The position numbers and the translations under genes were made by a program. The notes below the pieces were generated by a model. The model was not told the DNA's origin. It was given only the letters and a program-made list of their open reading frames with translations, and ran no database searches. DNA of 25,748 bases. Source: a virus (lineage: Duplodnaviria > Caudoviricetes). How positions within the stretch are numbered: the stretch's first letter is position 1; every line of letters begins with the position of its first letter. The stretch spans positions 1-25,748 of the IMG/VR virus record IMGVR_UViG_3300048080_000299, one strand, 5' to 3'. This document shows, in pieces, positions 8,740 through 16,161 of the stretch.

Positions 8740-9753
8740 ATGGCAGAATTCCTGGTCCCACGCGGCGTTAAGGTCGTCGTGGCGATGAAGGCGGAGGCGA
8801 CGGCCGGCGTGGACGTCTTTGCCGGCACCTACGTCGCGGCCGACGTCCTGCCGGTCATCGCCGATAGCATCCGGTTCACCCAAGACCCGAACGAGATCGA
8901 GAACCTGATGACCGCCGGGTTCATGGGGCGCGTGGCGAGCATCATGGGGCCGCTCATGGGGCGGGTGGACTTCGCCATGTTTCCCCGCGGCAAAGGCGTC
9001 GCCTATTCGGCGACCGTGAAGCCAGAAGTCGGTCTCCCGTTGCGCGGCTGCGGGCTCAGCGAGACCGTGGACACGACAGTCAGCGCGGAAAAGGTGACCT
9101 ATCAGCCGAGCGCGACGCACGAGACGATGACGATCTACGTCGTGATCAACGTTCCGGGCGGTGCCGCCCTCTCGGTTCAGCTCGTGGGATGCATCGGCAC
9201 CTACCGCTGGAACGCGCGCGCGGGGGGCGTCGGGCGCTTCGACTTCTCCTTCATGGGCGCCCTCGAGGAGCGGGCCGACATCACTTATGTCGCCGGCACG
9301 CTCGCCAAGACGCCGGCCTTTCCGACCTTCAAGAGCGCGGCGTTTCAGATCGGCACCACGAACTACGCGCCTCGGATCGCGGACATGGCGTTCGACATCG
9401 CCAATGTGGTGGGCGCGATCCCGTCCATCAACGGAGCCGGCGGCATCGCCGGACACCTGATCCTGAATCGCAACCCGCGCGTGACCCTGGACCCGGAAGC
9501 CGACCGGGAAGCGAACTCCGCGTGGTGGGCCGCGCTCCGGGATGGCGCGCCGCTCAAGGATCTCTCGTTCCAGCTCGGGACGGCGCAATACAACCGAATG
9601 AAGATCCGTGCCAGCGCGGCGGCGACGCCGGCGGCGACGGTGCAGGTCGTGGCGCAGTCTCTCGGGGCTCGAGATGGCCTCATGAGCCTCCCCACGACGC
9701 TGCTCTGCACGCTGGATGCTGGCGAGGACGACTTTGCGAAGGTCTTCGATTAG
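8740..9753 (+). CDS. Major tail tube protein
   Basis: Strong RBS AGGAGG; KxE.T.G.D N-terminal motif; beta-rich 337 aa; position before chaperones and TMP. Confidence 0.8.
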   Translation: MAEFLVPRGVKVVVAMKAEATAGVDVFAGTYVAADVLPVIADSIRFTQDPNEIENLMTAGFMGRVASIMGPLMGRVDFAMFPRGKGVAYSATVKPEVGLPLRGCGLSETVDTTVSAEKVTYQPSATHETMTIYVVINVPGGAALSVQLVGCIGTYRWNARAGGVGRFDFSFMGALEERADITYVAGTLAKTPAFPTFKSAAFQIGTTNYAPRIADMAFDIANVVGAIPSINGAGGIAGHLILNRNPRVTLDPEADREANSAWWAALRDGAPLKDLSFQLGTAQYNRMKIRASAAATPAATVQVVAQSLGARDGLMSLPTTLLCTLDAGEDDFAKVFD

Positions 9754-9765
9754 GAGGAATTTTCC

Positions 9766-10245
9766 ATGACAGCCAACGGCCATCTCCCAGAAGGCGCGGT
9801 GCTCCTCACCGCCGAACTCCTCGAGCGCGCGACGCGGACCATGATCCGCTGCCCCTTCCTGTCCGGCCGCGCCGGACAGGATGTGTACGTGCGCATCCGC
9901 ACGATCCGGCGTGCCAGCTACCTCCTCATGCTGCCTCCGCTGCCGCTGGAGGCCTCGGCAACCTGGCCCCAGGACGACCCGGAGGGCTGGCAGCGCGAAT
10001 ACCAGCACTGGCTGGAGACTCTGCCCGCGGAGGAGCGACAGGCGAAGAACGCGGCGGCGGCGGAGGTGACCTGGAAGGTGGTCCGGGCCGGGTTGGTGGA
10101 GCCCCAGCTCTCCGAAGCCAGCCTGGTCGATCTGGCCGACGATGCCGATCAGATCGCGCGAGAGATTCTTCGATTCTCGGGGTTGCTCTTGACTCCAACG
10201 GAGGCACCGGCTCCGGTTGAATCCCCGGCGCCCGCGACCGGGTGA
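9766..10245 (+). CDS. Tail assembly chaperone (gpG-like)
   Basis: Between tube and TMP; AGGAGG RBS; V.VRIRTI, GLVEPQL, IAREILRFSGL. Confidence 0.7.
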   Translation: MTANGHLPEGAVLLTAELLERATRTMIRCPFLSGRAGQDVYVRIRTIRRASYLLMLPPLPLEASATWPQDDPEGWQREYQHWLETLPAEERQAKNAAAAEVTWKVVRAGLVEPQLSEASLVDLADDADQIAREILRFSGLLLTPTEAPAPVESPAPATG

Positions 10246-10856
10246 TCTACTTTCGACTGCCGTTTCTGTCGCGGCAGCTCGCCCGGCCGGTCTTCGCCGC
10301 GATCCCGACGCTCATGGGTCCTGGGGATCCCCAGCCACCCCCTGAGTCCATCGTTCGGCCCGTCCGATTCGTGGAGACCCGCGTGTGGGCGGACGTACCC
10401 GGCACGATCCGCCTGGCCGCCTGCTTTGAAGAATTGCCGGAGGCGCAGCAGCACCTCACCGACCTGGAATGGGAGTTCTGGGTGGATGGCTTTCTCGCCC
10501 AAGCGTTGGCCGAACCCCTGGAGCTGGGCCCCGACCGGGACATTCTGGCGATCGGGATCCTGGCCGCCTGGGCGTTCGTGACCGATCCCGAGGATCGGCA
10601 TCTTCAGCGCCTTCGGCGGGTCGATCCAGAGGGTCACGCTGAGATCCTCCGCGTGATGAAAGATCGCGTACCCTCCCTCGCCGTCCAAGGCATCCTCCGG
10701 GCCGTCGCGCGGCAGCTTCGGTGCCCGCCCTCCATTCTCTTGACGCGGCCGTTCCCGGAAGTCTGGTTCGATTATCTCGTGCTGCTGGGCTCTCAGAAGG
10801 CGGCGCGCTCCGCAGGAGAAGAGCAGCTCCTCGAAGAGATCGGGATCGAGAACTAA
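10242..10856 (+). CDS. Second tail chaperone: apparent gpG paralogue fused to a gpT-like C-terminus
   Basis: GTGA overlap, no RBS; three collinear motif blocks shared with 9766-10245; C-terminal VARQLRCPPSILL...FDY. Confidence 0.65.
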   Translation: MIYFRLPFLSRQLARPVFAAIPTLMGPGDPQPPPESIVRPVRFVETRVWADVPGTIRLAACFEELPEAQQHLTDLEWEFWVDGFLAQALAEPLELGPDRDILAIGILAAWAFVTDPEDRHLQRLRRVDPEGHAEILRVMKDRVPSLAVQGILRAVARQLRCPPSILLTRPFPEVWFDYLVLLGSQKAARSAGEEQLLEEIGIEN

Positions 10857-10860
10857 TCGC

Positions 10861-13578
10861 ATGGCCGAGTCAGCGAATCTTATTATCACAATACAAGCGG
10901 TAAATGAAGCCAGCCGCGCGTTGGCCGACGTTCAGCGGGACGTGATCCAGGCGGGCGCGGCGGCCCAGCAAGGCTTCGGGACGGCGACGGCGGCCGCAGC
11001 GACAACGGGCCGGGAAGTCGCCCAGGTCTCCCGGACCGTGCGGGTCCTGGCTGGCAACCTCCTCAGCGAACTGAATCCGGCGTTGGGCTCGCTCGTCTCG
11101 GCGTCCTCCGCCGCCGCCGGGGCGGCCCGGGGTCTGAATCTCGGTCTGGGCGCCGTCATCATTAGTGCGACAGCGCTGGCGACCGGCATCGCACTCTATG
11201 TGCGCTCGGCCAAGGAGGCAGCACAATCACAGCGTCTTTGGAATGAGGCGGTACGGAGTGGGGATCTCGGGCAGATGGAAACACAAGTCCGAGGATTGAC
11301 ACGCCGACTCGATGAACTCCGTGAGAGCCAGGAACGCGCCAGTCAAGCGTGGCTCCGTTCGCCAATCGCTGAGCAAATTAGACAGAGACGAATCGGATCG
11401 CTCGAGCAGGAGACCCAAGCGAAAGGCCGAGACGTCCTCGCGCAGCGCCGATTCGACGAAGAGCAGCGCAGCATGGAAAGCGCCGTGGCCGATACCCAAC
11501 GGCAGATGACGGAATTCCGCAAGGAGCAACAGGAAGAACAGGAGCGGCGGGCTCAGCAGATCCGGGAATCCGCCGTCGCTCGGGAGATTCCCTTCGCCTT
11601 GACAGGGGAATTCCTGGGCATCCCGGCCCCGGAGGAGATCGGCGCCTTCCGGGCACGATTGGACCAGGAGCTCAAACAGGTTCTCGATGCAGAGATGAAG
11701 TTCCGGGCAGAACAGGCCGCCCTCCGCGCGGAGTTCCTGGGGGGCGGCGGCGAGTTCCTCGGGATCCCGACGCCCGAAGAAGCCGCCGCGATCCGGCGTG
11801 ATGTGGACGCCATTCCTCGTGAACGCGCGCAGGTGAAGCGCCAGGGAGACCGGGAACTCCTGGCCGTGCAACTGCAGAGCGTTGTCCTGAGCCAGGACCA
11901 ACGGGACGCGCTGGAGGCTTCCCGGATTGAAGTCGAGCGCCTCATCGCCCTTGAATGGGCGCGTGGTCGCTCGGCCGAGGATCTCCTCAAGACCACGATC
12001 GAGCAGGTCGCGGCCCAACATCGGTTGAATCTCGAAATGGAACGGCTGGCCCGGGAGGATCCTTTGATCGGGCTTCAGTTGGGCTTTCGGGACGTCCGCG
12101 AGGAGTTCTTGTCCTTCGGCGATCTGCTGCGGCGAGGGACCCGTGACATCGGCCAGGCGATGGCCCGCAACCTCTCGGACACCTTTTTCAATGTCGTCAC
12201 GGGGGAATTCAAGAAGCTGACCGACTTGCCACGCCAGTTCGGGGCCTCCCTGCTCCGCACCATGACCGACGTCGCGGCGCAGGTCATCACCGGGGCGGCC
12301 TTCAGCCAGCTCCGCGCCGGGTTCGGCATCAGGAGCGTGATCCCGGGCAGCCTCCTCGCCGGCGCCGGGGGCGGCGCCTTCGCCGTGACGCCGGCCCAAG
12401 CCCAGGCCCTGGCCGCCCAGGGCTTTCAGATCGGTGCGGGCCCGGCGGGCGGACTGGTGGCGATCCCGCCGGGCGGCGCGGCGGCGGGCGCCGGAGGCGG
12501 CGGGCTGAATCTGGCGAACGTGCCGCTGCCAGGGGGCATCTCGACCTTCCTCTTCGGCGCCCCGGCCGTGGCTCCAGCGTTCACGCTCGGCGCGGCCTCG
12601 GCGGGCGGGCTGACGGCCGTAGAGCTAGGACTCGAGCTGGGCGCGGGAGTGGGAGCGACGGGGGGTGCGGGCGCCACGTCTGGGCTCTTCGGCAGCGGCG
12701 GGGCCGGGGGCTTCGGGGCCGCCTTCGGGGCGGTGGCCGGGGCGCTCGGCCTCGGCCTGACTATCTACTCCGCCCTCCAGGGGCCGCCGACGGTCCAGAA
12801 CATCGCCGTCAGCGCGGTCAGCGGCGCGGTGTCGGGGGCGGTCATCGGCTCGGCCATCTTCCCAGGCATCGGCACCGCCGTCGGCGCCATCGCGGGCGCC
12901 CTTCTTGGCGGCGGGGCGGGGGCGTTCGGCAAGGGCGGCCAGGTAAAGAAGCCCTCGGCCCAGGCGCGGAGCGAGGCGGAGGCGGCCCGGGGGGGCAGCG
13001 CCCTCAGCCAGGCGATCGCCGGGGCGAGCACGGCCGAGGAGCTGGTCTCGATCCTGAACCGCTCCTGGTCGCCCCACTTCCAGGTCAGGATCTTCGCGCG
13101 GCGTTCGGCCCGCCGGCCGGAAGGCATCGCCCCGTATGCTAGCTCCGAGGACCAGGTCCTCTCCGGCCAACCGCCCATCCCTGGGCAGGACTTTCAGATC
13201 GAGGACCTCTTCGACCCGCTGGTCCAGGAGTCCATAGAAGTCTGGACCGGGGCCGTCGGCCAGGTAGCCCCGAACGCCCAGCTCACCGAGCAGCTCCGCC
13301 AAAAGGTCCTGGAGCTGGCGGGGCGGTTCGCGGAGGCCGAGGTGTTCACGGAGGAGGTCCTCCCCGGCGGGATCACTCGGCGCATCACGGTCCCCGGTGC
13401 CCTGGCGAGCCGGCTGCGCGGGCTCCCACTTGGCGTCAACGCAGGGAGCCTCCCCGAAGAGAGCATGGAGGACTTCCTGAAGTCGCTCCTCGCCTACGAC
13501 GACGACCGGGACCTCCGCGTCGTCCGGCGCGACCCCGATACGGGCTACGTCGTGAGCGTGACGAGCTTCGCGGGGTAG
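10861..13578 (+). CDS. Tape measure protein (905 aa)
   Basis: Longest ORF, follows chaperones; LIITIQAVNEAS start, long coiled-coil and Ala-rich regions, Gly/Ala hydrophobic glycine-zipper region. Confidence 0.87.
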   Translation: MAESANLIITIQAVNEASRALADVQRDVIQAGAAAQQGFGTATAAAATTGREVAQVSRTVRVLAGNLLSELNPALGSLVSASSAAAGAARGLNLGLGAVIISATALATGIALYVRSAKEAAQSQRLWNEAVRSGDLGQMETQVRGLTRRLDELRESQERASQAWLRSPIAEQIRQRRIGSLEQETQAKGRDVLAQRRFDEEQRSMESAVADTQRQMTEFRKEQQEEQERRAQQIRESAVAREIPFALTGEFLGIPAPEEIGAFRARLDQELKQVLDAEMKFRAEQAALRAEFLGGGGEFLGIPTPEEAAAIRRDVDAIPRERAQVKRQGDRELLAVQLQSVVLSQDQRDALEASRIEVERLIALEWARGRSAEDLLKTTIEQVAAQHRLNLEMERLAREDPLIGLQLGFRDVREEFLSFGDLLRRGTRDIGQAMARNLSDTFFNVVTGEFKKLTDLPRQFGASLLRTMTDVAAQVITGAAFSQLRAGFGIRSVIPGSLLAGAGGGAFAVTPAQAQALAAQGFQIGAGPAGGLVAIPPGGAAAGAGGGGLNLANVPLPGGISTFLFGAPAVAPAFTLGAASAGGLTAVELGLELGAGVGATGGAGATSGLFGSGGAGGFGAAFGAVAGALGLGLTIYSALQGPPTVQNIAVSAVSGAVSGAVIGSAIFPGIGTAVGAIAGALLGGGAGAFGKGGQVKKPSAQARSEAEAARGGSALSQAIAGASTAEELVSILNRSWSPHFQVRIFARRSARRPEGIAPYASSEDQVLSGQPPIPGQDFQIEDLFDPLVQESIEVWTGAVGQVAPNAQLTEQLRQKVLELAGRFAEAEVFTEEVLPGGITRRITVPGALASRLRGLPLGVNAGSLPEESMEDFLKSLLAYDDDRDLRVVRRDPDTGYVVSVTSFAG

Positions 13579-13582
13579 GGCC

Positions 13583-14023
13583 GTGCCGCCGCTCTTCGGG
13601 TCCCCCAAACAGAAGTTCTTCTACCCGCGCATCGCCTATGACTCCCCCGTGATCAACGTGGACTTCGATGACCCGATGAACCCCGTCCTTCTCCCGGTCT
13701 CCATCCGCGCGGATGCCGTGGCCGAGGACGGCACGCGCGAGAGCCTGTTCCGGCGCATCGAGAACCAGGTCCGGTTCACGGGCCTGATCAACAAGACGCT
13801 CCTCGATTCGATCTACACGTTCTGGAAGAATTGGGGGGCGCTGGGCAAACAAGCGACCCTGACGCTGGATCGGCTGAGTACCTGTGCCGGGCAGTTCGAG
13901 TTCGATTCCTTCAACGCCTTTTTTACGAAGGCGGAGGTCACAGACCTGAACTTCCAGCTCGTCCGCGCCGTCCCAGCCCGGATCATCTACGGGGTGACGC
14001 TGACGTTCCGGCAGGGGAAATAG
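13583..14023 (+). CDS. Putative distal tail protein
   Basis: Immediately after TMP; 146 aa; ends in GVTLTFRQ, a strand pattern typical of Dit-like proteins; GTG start. Confidence 0.55.
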   Translation: MPPLFGSPKQKFFYPRIAYDSPVINVDFDDPMNPVLLPVSIRADAVAEDGTRESLFRRIENQVRFTGLINKTLLDSIYTFWKNWGALGKQATLTLDRLSTCAGQFEFDSFNAFFTKAEVTDLNFQLVRAVPARIIYGVTLTFRQGK

Positions 14024-14024
14024 C

Positions 14025-15458
14025 GTGAAGACCGAGACGGCGGCCCACAAAACGGAGCGCGAGAAGCTCCAGACACAGCCGGTCGTGTTCGCCCGCTTCT
14101 CCCACCTGAAGAAGTACGGCGACGGGACTGACTTCCCGTTCAGCGTGGACTTCTCGACCGATGCCGTCCTGAGCCCGACCAAGACGAAGAAGCCCTGGCT
14201 CCTCATGCCCCAAGGCAACACCCAGACCATCGAGCCCGAGCTCGGGCGGTCCAGCATCGGGGTCTTCCCCCTGTCGCTCCTGGACGCCGGCGGGGAGGTC
14301 CTCCGCTACCTCTCCAACCCCACGCTGACGCTCAAGACGGCCATGACACCTACAGTCCCCAGCGCCGGGGGCTTCGTGGAGGCCACCGAGGCGACCACCG
14401 GCTACCCCGGCGTCGGCACGCTCGAGGTCGCCACGGGGAGCGTGACCCCGGCGGCGCCCACCGCGACGGCGGGGGCCGCGGGGAATGTGGATGTGGGCAC
14501 CCACTCCTGGGTCGTGACCTTCGTGATCAGCGGGGCGGAGCATCGCGGGGGACCCAAGTCCAACGTCGTGACGATCACGACCTCGGCTAAACAAGTTGAT
14601 CTCTCGGCCATCGCGACCGGCCCGACCGGGACGACCGCCCGGAAGATCTACCGGACGGCGGCGGGAGACACCGGCGGCCACAAGCTCGTCGGCACCGTCC
14701 CCGACAACACGACCGTGACGTTCACGGATAACATCGCCGATGCTTCACTGGGCGCTGAAGTGCCGGGCGCTCTCGAGCGCGTCCGGTACGATCAGAACGA
14801 CACTGTCAACAAGCGCTTCCGCGTGGCCACCGGCGGCCGGGGGGCCGATAGCACCGTCGCGGCCGACCACGCCGTCGGCGTCCTGATCGCCAACGGCGAG
14901 CAGATCCGGCCCGGCCAGCGCTGCCAGCTGTTCAGCGGCTACGCGGCCATCGCCGAGGTCGAGTACACGGCCTGGCCAAAGTTTGAGGTCCTGGGCCGGG
15001 GGCTCGCCGGCGGGCGGCTCCACACGGTGCAGCTGACCGACATCCAGCGGTCCCTCCGCCGGCGGGTCTTCCTGACCGCCACGGCGAAGGTCCCGCGGCA
15101 GATCACGGCCAACCCGGTCACGGCGGCCCTCCGGGTGCTGACGTCCACGGGGCTGGGGACCAACGGCCCCTACGACGTCCTGATCGCCGAGGACGGCCTG
15201 GCCGTGCCCCAGGCTCTCGTGGACGTGGCGGGCCTGGAGCGCCTGCGGGACACGGAGTTCCCCGCCGAGACCTACGACTTCAAGATCACCGAGCCGGTGG
15301 ACGGCAAGGGCGTCCTCGAGGAGGAGATCTGGCGGACGCTCAACGCCTACCCCTGGGTCGCCCAGGACGGTAAATACTCGGCCCGCCGCTACCGGCCCGG
15401 ACCCTACTACTACGGCGGCTTCCTCGCGGTGGGGAAGCTCGTGGCGACGGCGGGCTAG
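14025..15458 (+). CDS. Tail tip/hub protein, N-terminal part, with inserted beta-barrel and FN3-like domains
   Basis: Position after Dit; NPV..ALRVLTS.G.G.NG.YD, GLAVP..LVD, LEEEI...L.AYP....DGK; FN3-like TARKIYRT...LVGTV.DN.T.TFTDN. Confidence 0.7.
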   Translation: MKTETAAHKTEREKLQTQPVVFARFSHLKKYGDGTDFPFSVDFSTDAVLSPTKTKKPWLLMPQGNTQTIEPELGRSSIGVFPLSLLDAGGEVLRYLSNPTLTLKTAMTPTVPSAGGFVEATEATTGYPGVGTLEVATGSVTPAAPTATAGAAGNVDVGTHSWVVTFVISGAEHRGGPKSNVVTITTSAKQVDLSAIATGPTGTTARKIYRTAAGDTGGHKLVGTVPDNTTVTFTDNIADASLGAEVPGALERVRYDQNDTVNKRFRVATGGRGADSTVAADHAVGVLIANGEQIRPGQRCQLFSGYAAIAEVEYTAWPKFEVLGRGLAGGRLHTVQLTDIQRSLRRRVFLTATAKVPRQITANPVTAALRVLTSTGLGTNGPYDVLIAEDGLAVPQALVDVAGLERLRDTEFPAETYDFKITEPVDGKGVLEEEIWRTLNAYPWVAQDGKYSARRYRPGPYYYGGFLAVGKLVATAG

Positions 15459-15461
15459 GCC

Positions 15462-16160
15462 ATGCAGCGGTTCCGGGGGGTCGTCACCGACTCCAAGGGC
15501 GCCCCCGTCAGCGGGGTCACCGTGGAAGTGCGCCTGGCAGGGCTGGCGACGGTCGCCACGATCTACTCCGACGACGGGGTGACGACCCGGGCGAACCCCT
15601 TCACGAACGACGCCAACGGCTCCTTCGAGTTCTTCGCCGCGAACGGGCGGTACGATCTCATCCCGACGAAGGCCGGGCTGACCTTCGACAACGCGGACTT
15701 CACGGACGTCCGCCTCGTGGACACCCCCATCAAGGTCAACACGACCGCCGCGGGCACGCCGGCCAGCACCGTCGAGACCGACCTGATCACCGTCACGCTC
15801 CCCGTGCGGACCCTCAACTGGAACGGCCAGGCGCTCCGGGTCCGGGCCTGGGGCACGACGGCCGCGAACGCCAACCTGAAGACCGCGCGGCTCTACTTCG
15901 GGGCCGCCGTTCTGGTCACGACCGGCGCCCTGGCGGCGAACGCGCGGGACTGGGTGCTCGAGGCCCTGGTCGTCAGGATTGGGGACGCGACGCAGGACGC
16001 TATCGCCGAGGGTGTCTTCAACGGGGCTCTCGTGGAGCCCGACTTCACCACGCCGAACCAGACCCTCACGGCGGCCGTGATCGTGAAGGTCACTGGCCAG
16101 AACGGGACGGCCACGGCGAACGACCTGGTGGCCGAGGGCCTGATCGTGACGGAGGCCTGA
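15462..16160 (+). CDS. Short tail fibre/spike-like protein (N-terminal virion-anchoring domain plus C-terminal beta-sandwich)
   Basis: GVVTDSKGAPVSGVTVEV...ATIYSDDG.T..ANPF.ND.NG.FEFFA.NGRYD resembles fibre/tailspike anchor domains. Confidence 0.68.
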   Translation: MQRFRGVVTDSKGAPVSGVTVEVRLAGLATVATIYSDDGVTTRANPFTNDANGSFEFFAANGRYDLIPTKAGLTFDNADFTDVRLVDTPIKVNTTAAGTPASTVETDLITVTLPVRTLNWNGQALRVRAWGTTAANANLKTARLYFGAAVLVTTGALAANARDWVLEALVVRIGDATQDAIAEGVFNGALVEPDFTTPNQTLTAAVIVKVTGQNGTATANDLVAEGLIVTEA

Positions 16161-16161
16161 G

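Noticed and set aside
10221-10245. Programmed -1 frameshift site between the chaperone genes
   Set aside because: The -1 frame is open only after TGA 10218-10220 and contains no canonical slippery heptamer; a non-canonical shift cannot be fully excluded
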